Below are positions 23,698 through 36,358 of a DNA stretch of 64,000 bases, piece by piece. Position 1 is the first letter of the stretch. Each line of letters begins with the position of its first letter. The notes under the pieces are model-generated. The model worked only from the letters and a program-made list of their open reading frames with translations, did no database searches and was not told the DNA's origin. The stretch is from Mobula hypostoma (lineage: Eukaryota). A program made the position numbers and the translations under genes. The DNA lies in assembly GCF_963921235.1 (NCBI RefSeq), contig NC_086097.1, positions 1,116,001-1,180,000 of the forward strand, written 5' to 3'.

Positions 23698-23793
23698 CAT
23701 GTTACTCCAAGTGAGGCCTCACCAGTGCTTTATAAAGCCTCAACTTTGCATCCTTACTTTTATATTCTCGTCCTCTTGAAATTATTACCAAAA

Positions 23794-25722
23794 TTAGAGA
23801 TAAAGGTGGGAAGATGTGCCTGGAGGCTGTGGAGGTGAGCGAGGTCCTCAATGAATACTTCTCTTTGGTATTCACCAATGAGAGGGAACTTGATGATGGT
23901 GAGGACAATATGTGTGAGGCTGATGTTCTGGAGCATGTTGATATTAAGGGAGAGGAGGTGTTGGAGTTGTTAAGATACATTAGGACGGAGAAGTCCCCGG
24001 GGCCTGATGGAATATTCCCCAGGTTGCTCCACGAGGCGAGGGAAGAGATCGCTGGGCCTCTGGCTAGGAACTTTATGTCCTCGTTGTCCACAGGAATGGT
24101 ACCGAAGGATTGGAGGGAGGCAAATGTTGTCCCCTTGTTCAAAAAAGGTAGTAGGGATAGTCCGGGTAATTATAGACCTGTAAGCCTTACGTCTGTGGTG
24201 GGAAAGCTGTTGGAAAAGATTCTTAGAGATAGGATCTATGGGCATTTAGAGAATTATGGTCTGATCAGGGACAGTCAGCATGGCTTTGTGAAGGGCAAAT
24301 CGTGTCTAACAAGCCTAGTAGAGTTCTTTGAGGAGGTGACCAGGCATATAGATGAGGGTAGTGCAGTGGATGTGATCTACATGGATTTTTGTAAGGCATT
24401 TGACAAGGCTCCACATGGTAGGCTTATTCAGAAAGTCAGAAGGCATGGGATCCAGGGAAGTTTGGCCAGGTGGATTCAGAATTGGCTTGCCTGCAGAAGG
24501 CAGAGGGTCGTGGTGGAGGGGGTACATTCAGATTGGAGGGTTGTGACTAGTGGTGTCCCACAAGGATCTGTTCTGGGACCTCTACTTTTCATGATTTTCA
24601 TTAACGAACTGGATGTGGGGGTAGAAGGGTGGGTTGGCAAGTTTGCAGACGACACAAAGGTTGGTGGAGGTGTAGATAGTGTAGAGGATTGTCAAAGATT
24701 GCAGAGAGACATTGATAGGATGCAGAAGTGGGCTGAGAAGTGGCAGATGGAGTTCAACCCGGAGAAGTGTGAGGTGGTACACTTTGGAAGGACAAACTCC
24801 AAGGCAGAGTACAAAGTAAATGGCAGGATACTTGGTAGCGTGGAGGAGCAGAGGGATCTGGGGGTACATGTCCACAGATCCCTGAAAGTTGCCTCACCGG
24901 TAGATAGGGTAGTTAAGAAAGCTTATGGGGTGTTAGCTTTCATAAGTCGAGGGATAGAGTTTAAGAGCCGCGATGTAATGATGCAGCTCTATAAAATGCA
25001 ACAACAGGAATTCTGCAGATGCTGGAAATTCAAGCAACACACATCAAAGTTGCTGGTGAACGCAGCAGGCCAGGCAGCATTTCTAGGAAGAGGTACAGTC
25101 GACGTTTCAGACCGAGAGCCTTCGTCCTGACATTGCTGCGTTCACCAGCAACTTTGATATGTGTTGCAGCTCTATAAAACTCTGGTTAGGCCACACTTGG
25201 AGTACTGTGTCCAGTTCTGGTCGCCTCACTATAGGAAGGATGTGGAAGCATTGGAAAGGGTACGGAGGATATTTACCAGGATGCTGCCTGGTTTAGAGAG
25301 TATGCATTATGATCAGAGATTAAGGGAGCTAGGGCTTTACTCTTTGGAGAGAAGGAGGATGAGAGGAGACATGATAGAGGTATACAAGTTATTAAGAGGA
25401 ATAGATAGAGTGGACAGCCAGTGCCTCTTCCCCAGGGCACCACTGCTCAATACAAGAGGACATGGCTTTAAGGTAAGGTGTGGGAAGTTCAAGGGGGATA
25501 TTAGAGGAAGATTTTTTACTCAAGAGAGTGGTTGGTGTGTGGAATGCACTGCCTGAGTCAGTGGTGGAGGCAGATACACTAGTGAAATTTGAGAGACCAC
25601 TAGACAGGTATATGGAGGAATTTAAGGTGGTGGGGTTATATGGGCGGCAGGGTTTAAGGGTTGGCACAGCATTGTGAGCTGAAGGGCCTGTACTGTGCTG
25701 TACTATTCTGTGTTCTATGTTC
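23794..25722 (+). mobile_element. 5'-truncated CR1 (family A) with a long RT ORF, interrupted by a PLE
   Basis: ORF 23814-25130 contains the RT domain (KFADDTK); the C-terminus continues in ORF 25161-25556; TTCTATG tail. Confidence 0.95.
24997..25164. mobile_element. Short inverted PLE insertion
   Basis: TSD TGCAGCTCTATAAAA (24982-24996 / 25165-25179). Minus-strand PLE end followed by a short plus-strand copy. Confidence 0.88.
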
Positions 25723-26406
25723 TAAAATTGCATTTGCTTTCTTCATCACAGACTCAATCTGTAAATTAACCTTTCGGGAATCCAGCACAAGGACTCCCAA
25801 GTCCCATTGCACTTCAGATTTTTGTATTTTCTCCATTTAGAAAATAGTCAACCTTTCATTTCTTCTACCAAAGTGTATGGCCGTACACTTCCCGACACTA
25901 TTCCATCTGCCAACAACTACAACTCTGCCGCAAAGTCATCAATTCCATCATCCAAATCATTGACATATAATGCAAAAAGGATTGGTCCCACACAGACCCC
26001 AGTGGGATGCCACCAACCACCAGCAGCCAACCAGAAAATTCAGACTGACTGGCCTATAGTTTCCTTTATTCTGCCTCTTTCCCTTGAAGAGCACATTTGA
26101 AATTTTCAGCTTCCAGAACCATTCCAGAATCTAGTGATCTTTAAAAGGTCATTAATAATGCCTCCGGCCAGCTGTGTCAGAACCCAGGGGTGTATACTGT
26201 CTGATCCAGGTGACTTGCCTACCTTCAGATCTTTCAGTTTCCCAAATGTCTTCTCCCTAGTAATAGTAACTTCACACAACATGGACCCCTGACACTCTGG
26301 AACTTCCACCATTCTTCTAGTATCTTCCGCAGGGAAGAGTGATGCAAAATACTTTATCAGTTTGTCAGCATTTTCCTTGCCCCCATAACTACGTCTCCAG
26401 CATCAC

Positions 26407-27597
26407 TTCATACTTTATACTTTATTGTCGCCAAACAATTGGTACTAGAACGTACAGTCATCACAGCGATATTTGATTCTGCGCTTCACACTCCCTGGAT
26501 TACAAATATTAAATATTTAAGATATTAAAAATAGTTAAAATTAGTGAACATTAAAAATTTAAATTATAAATCATAAATAGAAAAATGGGAAGTAAGGTAG
26601 TGCAAAAAAACCGAGAGGCAGGTCCGGATATTTGGAGGGTACGGCCCAGATCCTGGTCAGGATCCGTTCAGCAGTCTTATCACAGTTGGAAAGAAGCTGT
26701 TCCCAAATCTGGCTGTACGAATCTTCAAGCACCTGAGCCTTCTCTCAAAGGGAAGAGGGACGAAAAGTGAGTTGGCTGGGTGGGTCGTGTCCTTGATTAT
26801 CCAGGCAGCACTGCTCCAACAGCGTGCGGTGTAAAGTGAGTCCACGGACGGAAGATTGGTTTGTGTGATGTGCTGCGCTGTATTCAGGATCTTCTGCAGC
26901 TTCTTTTGGTCTTGGACAGGACAATTTCCATACCAGGTTGTGATGCACCCTAGAAGAATGCTTTCTACAGTGCATCTATAAAAATTGGTGAGGGTTTTAG
27001 GGGATAGGCCAAATTTCTTTAGTTTTCTCAGGAGGTAAAGGTGCTGGTGGGCCTTCTTGGCATTGAACTCTGCTTGGTTGGACCAAGTCAGGTCATTTGT
27101 GATATTGACCCTGAGGAACTTAAAGCTTTTGACCTGTTCCATTTGCGCACTGCCGATGTAAATTGGGTCGTGCGGTCCGCTACTCCTTCTGAAGTCAACA
27201 ACCAATTCCTTCGTCTTGCTGACGTTGAGGGATAGGTTATTGTCTTTGCACCATGCCACCAGGTTCTTAATTTCCACTCTGTACTCAAACTCATCATTAC
27301 CCGAGATACAGCCTACGATTGTTGTGTCATCAGCAAACTTATTTATTGAGTTTGATGGAAGCTTGGCTACACAATCATGGGTGTACAGTGAGTACAGCAG
27401 GGGGCTGAGTACACAGCCTTGTGGGGCACTGGTGCTCAGAGTGATTGTAGAGGAGAGCTTGTCCCCTATTTTTACAGCCTGGGTCCTGTCTGTGAGGAAG
27501 TTGAAGATCCAGCTGCAGATTTGAGTGCTAAGGCCCAGGTTCCAGAGCTTAGGAATCAGTTTATTTGGAACGATGGTATTGAAGGCAGAGTTGTAGT
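26407..27597 (-). mobile_element. Rex1/Babar-type LINE 3' part nested in a CR1 (host 25724-27850)
   Basis: ORF 26657-27625 has [27 protein letters not shown] and KFADDT; short repeated tail at the left end. Confidence 0.9.
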
Positions 27598-27866
27598 CTA
27601 ATGAACCAGAGAGATCCACTCTCATCTTTCTTTTCCACTTACGTATCTGAGAAACTTTTAGTATCCTCTTTAATATTATTGCCTAGCTTACTTTCGTATT
27701 CCATCTTTACCTTCCTAATGACCTTTTTTAGTTGATTTCTGCTGGTCTTTAAAAGCTTCCCAATCTGTTAACCCTATACTAATTTTGCTGTATCAAATAT
27801 ATACTCTGTTTGGTTTTTATATTGGTTTTGATATATCTTGTTAGCCAATCCTTTCTCTTTGGGATA

Positions 27867-29700
27867 TAGAAACATAGAAAACCTACAGCACAATACAGGC
27901 CCTATGGCCCACAAAGTTGTGTGGAACATGTCACTACCTTAGAAATTACTAGGCTTACCCATTGCCCTCTATTTTTCTAAGCTCCATGTACCTATCCAAA
28001 AGTCTCTTGAAAGACCCTGTCGTATCCGCCTCCACCACCATTGCTGTCAGCCCATTCCACGCACTCACCACTCTGAGTGAAAAAGCTTACCCCCGACATC
28101 TCCTCTGTACTTACTCCCCAGCACCTTAAACCTGTGTCCTCCTGTGGCAACCATTTCAGCCCTGGGAAAAAGCTTCTGACTATCCACACGATCAATGCCT
28201 CTGATCATCTTATACACCTCTATCAGGTCACCTCTCATTTTCTGTCGCTCCAAGGAGAAAAGGCCGAATTCACTCAACCTATTTTCATAAGGCATGCTCC
28301 CCAATCCAGGTAACATCCTTGTAAATCTGCTCTGCACCCTTTCTATGGCTTCCACATCCTTCCTGTAGTGAGGCGACCAGAACTGAGCACAGTACTCCAA
28401 GTGGGATCTGACCAGGGTCCTATATAGGTGCAACATTACCTCTCGGCTCCTAAATTCAGTTCCACGATTGATGAAGGCCAATACACAGTATGGCTTCTTA
28501 ACCACAGAGTCAACCTGTGCAGCTGCTTTGAGTGTCCTATGGACTCAGACCCAGAGATCCCTCTGATCCTCCACACTGCCAAGAGTCTTACCATTAATAC
28601 TATATTCTGCCATCATATTTGACCTACCAAAATGAACCACTTCACACTTATCTGGGTTGAACTCCATCTGCGACTTCTCAGCCCAGTTTTGCATCCTATC
28701 AATGTCCTGCTGTAACCTCTGACAGCCCTCCACACAATGCACAACACCTCCAACCTTTATGTCATCAGCAAACTTACTAACTCATCCTTCCATTTCCTCA
28801 TCCAGGTCATTTATAAAAATCACAAAGAGTAAGGGTCCCAGAACAGATTCCTGCACACCACTGGTCACCGACCTCCATGCAGAATATGACCTGTCTACAA
28901 CCACCCTTTTCCTTCTGTGGGCAAGCCAGATCTGGATCCACAAAGCAATATCCCCTTGGATCCCATGCCTCCTTAATAGGCATTCGTTAGTCTCATGAGA
29001 CCATGGATTTGTGCCTTGTAAGGTTGTATGGAAGACCAGCATTTGCCCATGCTGCAAGTCTCCCCTCTCCACTCCACCGATGTTGTCCAAGGGAAGGGCA
29101 CGAGGGCTGATACAGCTTGGCACTGGTGTTGTCACAAAGCAATGTGTGGTTAAGTGCCTTGCTCAAAGGCACAACACGCTACCTCAGCTGAGGCTCCAAC
29201 TAGCGACCTTCAGATCAGTAGACCAACGCCTTAACCACTTGGCCACGCACCAACACCATTCCTCCTTACTTTCTCGATAAGCCTTGCATGGGGTACCTTA
29301 TCAAATGCTTTGCTGAAATCTATATACACTACATCTACTGCTCTTCCTTCATCAATGTGTTTAGTCACATTCTCAAAAAATTCAATTAGGCTTGTAAGGT
29401 ACAACCAGCTTTTGATAAAGCCATGCTGACTATTCCTAATCATACCTCTCCAAAAGTTCATAAATCCTGCCTCTCGGGATCTTTTTCATCAACTTACCAA
29501 CCACTGAAGTAAGACTCACTGGTCTATAATTTCCGGGCTATCTCTACTCCCTTTCTTGAATAAAGGAACAACATCTGCAATCCTCTGGAACCTCTCCCAT
29601 CCCCATTGATGATTCAACGATCATCGCCAGAGGCTCAGCAATCTCCTCCTCCTCCCCCTCCTCCCACAGTAGCCTGGGGTACATCTCGTCCGGTTCCCGA
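27867..29700 (-). mobile_element. CR1 3' half (family B)
   Basis: ORFs 28065-28505, 28545-28742 and 29231-29461; (CATAGAAA)n tail. Confidence 0.92.
28976..29255 (-). mobile_element. tRNA-derived CORE-type SINE (280 bp)
   Basis: Minus strand shows A box TGGCCAAGTGG, B-box-like AGTTGGAGCC and CORE-like TTTGAGCAAGGCACTTAACC. 13-bp TSD CCAT(G/T)CCTCCTTA (28963-28975 / 29256-29268). Confidence 0.82.
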
Positions 29701-30379
29701 TGAGATGTACCCCAGGCTGACCAGGATCCTATATATGTATGCCTTCTGAATTGCTTCCAGAAATTCTGCTGTTGCTGTTCTTCTGTCATCCATGCCAGTG
29801 TTCTTTTCCAACTCCTCTCTCGTGCCTCTAATTCCCTTTACTCCACTGTAACACTGATACATTGACCTTAGCTTCTTCTCAAATTCAGGGTGAATTTGAT
29901 TACATTATGACCTCTTCCCCTCAGGGTTCTGTTACCTTAAGCTCTAATCAATTCTGGTTGATTGCTCACCACCCAATCCACAATAGTTGATCCCCAGTGG
30001 GCTCAACCATCTCTCACCCTTCAGCCTCCCGAATGATCCAGAGTCCATCCAGTTCCAGCTCCCCAGATGCAAGTTGCTGCACGGAGTTATACTGCACAGA
30101 AATGTGCCCTTCATCCCAATTCATCCATGCCAGCCCCTTTACATCTTTCTATATTAATCCCATTTGCCTGCACTCAGACAATAGCCATCTGCACTTTGCC
30201 TATTCACATAGAGAATAGCACAGAAACAGTCCCTTTCGTGCATTAGTCCATACTGACCTGATCTTCTGCATAGTTTCATCTACCTCCACCCAGACCATCT
30301 CCCTCCATACCTCTCCCATTAATGTACTTATCCAAACTTCTCTTATCGGCTTCAGTGATAATGGGTTGAGGCAACATAA

Positions 30380-31900
30380 GCTACTTGTGAGGAACAGGAA
30401 ATAGGTCTGTGAGGCCGGTGTTCTGTACTGGGTGTCAGATGTGGGATGTCCGTAGAACTCCCAACTTCCCAAACGGCCACATCTGCGCCACATGCTTTGA
30501 CCTGCAGCTCCTTAGGGACCGCGTTAGCGCACTTGAGCTGCAGCTCGATGTCCTTCGTCTGGTCAGGGAGAGTGAGGATGCGACAGAGAGGAGCTATAGG
30601 CAGGTAGTCACAGCGGGTCATCGGGAGACAGATAAGTTAACAGTCAGGAGAGGGAAGGGCAAGAGTCAGGTGCTAGAGAGTACCCCAGTGGCTGTCCCCC
30701 TTAACAATAAGTACTCCTGTTTGAATACTGTTGGTGGGGGGGGGGGGGCGGGGGATGACCTACATGGGGGAAGCAACATGGCAGTGCCTCAGGCAGAGAG
30801 TCTGGCCCTGTAGTTCAGAAGGGTAGGGAAAGAAAGAGGATGGCAGCAGTGACTCTATAGTTAGGGGGTCAGGTAAGCGATTCTGTGGATGCAGGAAAGA
30901 AACACGGATGGTAGTTTGCCTCCCAGGTGCCAGGATCTGGGATGTTTCTGATCGCGTTCACGATGTCCTGAAGTGGGAAGATGAGCAGCCAGAGGTCGTG
31001 GTACATATTGGTTCCAGTGACATTGGTAGGAAAAGGGAGGAGGTCCTGTAAACAGACTACAGAGAGTTAGGAAAGAGTTGAGAAGCAGGACCATGAAGGT
31101 AGTAATCTCGGATTACTGCCTGTGCCATGTGACAGTGAGTATAGGAATAGAGTGAGATGGAAGATAAATGCGGGGCTGAGGGATTGGAGCAGGGGGCAGG
31201 GAGGTTTTTGAATCATTGGGACTTCCTTTGGGGGAGGTGTGACCTGTACAAAAAGGATGGGTTGCACTTGAATCCGAGGGGTCCAATATCTGGTGGGGAG
31301 GTTTGCTAAGGCTATTAGGGAGAGTTTAAACTAGAATTGTTGGGGGTGGGAACTGAACTGAAGTGACAAAGGAAGGAGTGGTTGGCTCAGAGATAGAGAA
31401 AGCTTGTAGACAGTGCGAGAGGGAGGATAGGCAGGTGATAGAGAAGGGATGCGCTCAGACTGATGGTTTGACATGTGTCTATTTTAATGCAAGAAGCACC
31501 ATGAACAAAGCAGATGAGCTTTGGATCAGTACTTGGAGCTATGATGTTGTGGCCATTACAGAGACTTGGGTGGCTCAAGGACAGGAATGGCTACTTCAAG
31601 TGCCAGGCTTTAGATGTTTCAGAAAGGACAGGAAGGGAGGCAAAAGAGGTGGGGGTGTGGTACCGTGTGCCATGACTGTAGAAAAGGAGGAAATCATGGA
31701 GGGATTGTCTACAGAATCTCTGTTGGTGAAATTTAGGAACAGGAAGGGGTCAATAACTACTGGGTGTTTTTTATAGATCTCCCAATAGTAACATGGACAT
31801 TGAGGAGCAGATAGGGAGACAGATTCTGGAAGGGTGTAATAATTTCCCAAATATTGATTGGCATCTTCCTAGAGCAAGGGGTTTAGATGGGGTGGAAAGT
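30380..31900 (+). mobile_element. CR1 5' half (ORF1 Zn-finger/leucine zipper/esterase plus APE start)
   Basis: ORF 30409-30813 has CxxC..CxxC and LRDRVSALELQL; ORF 31363-31776 has YFNARS and ITETW. Confidence 0.88.
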
Positions 31901-32169
31901 GAAACTGAAGACATCAGATCAAAATTGTACCAGAGGGGCATCAGAGAGTGCTGTGTACTTTGCTTCACAGAAACGTGGCTTATCCCTGCTATTTCATATT
32001 CAGCGCTCCAACCTGAAACTTCCAGCATTCTCCCACAAAGATAGGGCAACTGAGTCTTCTAAAGTTAGATGAGGTGGAATATGCTTCATCATTATTGCAA
32101 TGCACAGATATGAATGAGTATCTGTCTTAGTCCTACTCACCCGGCCTCAAACATCTCCCGGTCAATAAC

Positions 32170-35100
32170 CACATAGAACCATATAACAATTACAGCATGG
32201 AAACAGGCCATCTCGGCCTTTCTAGTCCGTGCCGAACTCTTACTCTTACCTAGTCCCACCGACCTGCACTCAGTCCATAACCCTCCATTCCTTTCCTGTC
32301 CATATAGCTGTCCAATTTAACTTTAAATGACAACATCGAACCTGCCTCAACCACTTCTGCTGGAAGCTCGTTCCACACAGCTACCACTCTCTGAGTAAAG
32401 AAGTTCCCCCTTATGTTACCCCTAAACTTTTGCCCTTTAACTCTCAACTCATGTCCTCTTGTTTGAATCTCCCTCACTCTCAATGGAAAAAGCCTATCCG
32501 CGTCAACTCTATCAATCCCCCTCATAATTTTAAATACCTTTATCAAGTCCCCCCTCAACCTTCTACGTTCCAAAGAATAAAGACCCAATTTGTTCAACCT
32601 TTCTCTGTAACTTAGGTGATGAACCCAGGTAACATTCTAGTAAACCTTCTCTGTACTCTCTATATTTTGTTGACATCTTTCCTATATATTCAGGGAGTGG
32701 GAAGTGCAGAATCAAATATCGCTGTGATGATTGTATGTTCCAGTATCAATTGTTTGGCGACAATAAAGTATAAGTATCATTCGGTGCCCAAAACTGTACA
32801 CAATACTCCAAATTTTGCTTCAGCAATGCCTTGTACAATTTCAACATTACATCCCAACTCCTATACTCAATGCTCTGATTTATAAAGGCCAGCATACAAA
32901 AGCTTTCTTCACCACCCTATCCACATGAGATTCCACCTTCAGGGAACTATGCACCATTATTCCTAGATCCCTCTGTTCTATTGCATTCTTCAATGCGCTA
33001 CCATTTACCATGTATGTCCTATTTTGATTAGTCCGACCAAAATGTAGCACCTTACATTCATCAGCATTAAACTCCATCTGCCATCTTTCAGCCCACTTTT
33101 CTAACCGGCCTAAATCTCTCTGCAAGGTTTGAAAACTTACTTCATTATCCACAACTCCACCTATCTTAGTATCATCTGCATACTTACTCATCCAATTTAC
33201 CACCCTATCATCCAGATCATTAGTGTATATGACAAACAACAAACAATTTCCCCCATCTCTTTTGGCTCCACACACATAACTGTCCACTCTAGTTTTCTAA
33301 GGGACCAATTTTATCCCTCACTATCCTTTTGCTGTTAATATAACTGTAGAAACCCTTGGGATTTATTTTCACCTTACTTACCAAAGCAGCCTCATATCTT
33401 TTAGCTTTTCTAATTTCTTTCTTAAGATTCTTTTTACATTCTTTATATTCCTTGAGCACCTCATTTACTGCATGCTGCCTATATTTATTGTAGATATCTC
33501 TCTTTTTCCGAACCAAGTTTCCAATATCCCTTGAAAACCATGGCTCTCTCAAACTTTTAACCTTTCCTTTCAACCTAACAGGAACATAATGATTCTGTAC
33601 CCTCAAAATTTCACCTTTAAATGACCTCCATTTCTCTATTACATTCTTCCCATAAAACAAATTGGCCCAATCCACTCCTAAATCCTTTTGCATCTCCTCA
33701 AAGTTAGCCTTTCTCCAATCAAAGATCTCAACCCTGTGTCCAGACCTATCCTTCTCCATAATTATATTGAATCTAATAGCATTGTGATCACTGGACCCGA
33801 AGTGCTCCCCAACACAAACCTCCGTCACCTGACCTATCTCATTCCCTAGCAGGAGATCCAACACTGCCCCTTCTCTAGTTGGTACCTCTATGTATTTCTG
33901 CATAAAACTATCCTGCACACATTTTACAAACTCCAAACCATCCAGCCCTTTTACAGTATGGACTTCCCAGTCTGTGTGTGGAAAATTAAAGTCTCCCACA
34001 ATCACAACCTTGTGCTTACTACAAATATCTGCTATCTCCTCACAAATTTGCTCCTCCAGTTCTCACTCCCCATTTGGTGGTCTATAATACACCCCCATAA
34101 GTGTTACTACACCTTTCCCATTCCTCAATTCCACCCAAATAGCCTCTCTAGATGAGCCCTCTAATCTATCTTGCCAGAGCACCGCTGTAATATTTTCTTT
34201 GGCAAACAAGCAACACCTCCCCCTCTTGTCCCTCTGATACTATCATACCTGAAACAATTAAATCCAGGAATATTTAGTTGCCAATCACACCCCTCCTGTA
34301 ACCATGTTTCACTAATAGCTATCACATCATTCCTAGCATTAAAATAAATGCATTTAAGAAATTTTCCACCTCTTACTCTCTGTTTATCACCAACGGTGCA
34401 AACAACTTTACTATTTTCTTTTTCTTCCTTCTCCCCTACATCTGTTCCTACACTATGGTTCCCCTTCCCCCTTGTATCTAGTTTAAATCCACCGGAGCCT
34501 CTCTAGCAAACCTACCTGCAAGAATATTTGTGCCCCTCCAGTTTAGATGTAAACCTTCCTGCCGGAACAGGTCCCACCTTCCCTGGAAAACTGCCCAATT
34601 ATCTATAAATCTGAAGCCCTCCCTCCTGCACCATGTCTTCAGCCACGTGTTGATCTGCTCTGTCTTACTATTTCTAAACCCACCTGCACGTGGCTCTGGT
34701 AGCGGTCCTGAGATTGCTATCCTGGAGGTCCTGTCCTTTAACTTGGCGCCTAACTCCCTAAACTCACCTTTCAGGACCTCCTCACTCTTCCTACCAACGT
34801 CATTGGTCCCTACATGGACCACGACATCCGGCTGCTCACTCTCCCTCTTGAGAATACTGAGAACTCGATCCGAGATATCGCGGACCTTGGCTCCAGGGAG
34901 GCAACAGACCATCCGGGATTCTCGATCTCTTCCCCCTAACTATCGAATCCCCTATCACTACTGCTCTCCTCTTTTCCCTCGTTCCCTTCTGAGTTGGTGC
35001 CAGAGGCGCACCCACTGGAACTTGTCCCTGGTAGGTTGTCCCCATCAACAGTATCCAAAACGATGTACTTATTATTGGTGGGAACAGCCACAGGGGTGCT

Positions 35101-35600
35101 CTACTCATTCTGTCTATTCCCCTTCCCTCTCCTGACAGTCACCCAGCTACCTGTCTCCTGACTCTTAGGGGTGACTATCTCCCTGTAACTCCTGTTTATT
35201 TCTGCCTCTGCCTCCCGAATGATCCGAAGTTCATCCAGCTCCAGCTCCAGTTCCCTAACTCGGTTTGTCAAGAGCTGCAGCTGGATGCACCTTTTGCAGG
35301 TGTAGTCATCAGGGACGATTGTGCTCGCCCTGACTTCCCACATCCTGCAATCGGAGCACCCGACTGCCCTAACTGCTGCCTCCATTTCCTAGTCTTAAGG
35401 TAATTAGATTTATCAAAGGAACTTACCCAACCTTACCTCACTTGGAGTGAAGATCTTCCTCAGCCTCTGCTCGCCGAAGCCTCAGGAGCCAAAGCCTTCC
35501 TACTCTGTCTCCCTCTACTCCGTCGCCCACTCTGTTAATCTGCTCTCTTTTAAACACTCCCACTGCCTCACGCTCCGACTTACACGCGCTTGCGCAGTCA
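32170..35600 (-). mobile_element. CR1 with intact 5' end and 3' tail but an internal deletion of the RT N-terminal half
   Basis: ORF1 at 35101-35385 and 34478-34912 (esterase), APE at 33289-34005, then a jump to RT KYADDTK at 32880-33240 and the C-terminus at 32250-32597. Confidence 0.9.
32690..32777 (+). mobile_element. Short Rex1-type 3' tail inserted in a CR1
   Basis: Reverse complement of 26410-26500; ends AATAAAGTATAAGTAT. Confidence 0.75.
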
Positions 35601-35688
35601 TGTCCCGTTCAACTGTCAAGTATTGTCTGTTATTGAATTGAATTGACTGTATTACTTACATTCTTCAAATACATGAGTAAAAATCTTT

Positions 35689-36358
35689 GTGTGATATACT
35701 GCGTCCGGTGCTCCCGGTGCAGCCTTCTTTATATTGGCGAGACCCGATGCAGACTGGGAGACAGTTTCACTGAACACCTACACTCTATCTGCCAGAGGAA
35801 GCAGGATCTCCCAGTGGCCACTCATTTTAATTCCACATCCGCTTCCCATTCTGATATGTCCATCCATGGCCTCCTCTACTGTTGAGGTGAAGCCACACTT
35901 AGGTTGGAGGAACAACTCATATTCTGTCTGGGTAGCCTCCAACCTGATGGCATGAACATTGACTTCTGTTAATGCCCCTCTTCCACTTCTTACCCCATCT
36001 CTTTGTTTATTTATTCCCCTTTCTTTTTCTTTTTTCTCCCTCTGTCCCTCTCACTATATCTTCCTCTGGGCTCCCCTCCCCCTTTTTCCCCCTTGACCTC
36101 CCGTCCCATGTTCCTCTCCCTTCTCCAGCCTTGTATCCCTTTTGCCAATCAACTTTCCAGCTCTTGGCTCCATCCCTCCCCCTGCTGTCTTCTCCTATCA
36201 TTTCGGATCTCCCTCACCCCCTCCCACTTTCAAATCTCTTACTAGCTCTTCTTTCTGATAATCCTGACGAAGGGTCTCGGCCCGAAATGTCGACTGTACC
36301 TCTTTCTAGAGATGCTGCCTGGCCTGCTGTATTCCACCAGCATTTTGTGCGTGTTGCT
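35689..36358 (+). mobile_element. Penelope-like element (GIY-YIG end plus pLTR)
   Basis: VIYCVRCSRCSLLYIGETR motif; 11-bp TSD TAAAAATCTTT (35678-35688 / 36359-36369). Confidence 0.92.
36260..36295 (+). ncRNA. Hammerhead motif variant, sense in ERG28 intron
   Basis: AATC-CTGACGA-A-GGGT CTCG GCCC-GAAAT-GTC-GACT. Core intact, but stem I has a mismatch and ACGT has changed to ATGT. Confidence 0.6.

Larger units (their letters stand above)
20655..23785 (-). mobile_element. CR1 3' fragment split by Harbinger, solo LTR and PLE insertions
   Basis: The CR1 sequence reads continuously when each insertion plus one TSD is removed. Confidence 0.8.

Noticed and set aside
23814..25130. 438-aa RT ORF as a domesticated or novel fusion gene
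   Set aside because: It is a 5'-truncated CR1 whose frame runs into a PLE insertion by chance.
29170..29255. tRNA-like sequence
   Set aside because: It is the head of a SINE with a degenerate B box and flanking TSD, not a tRNA gene.
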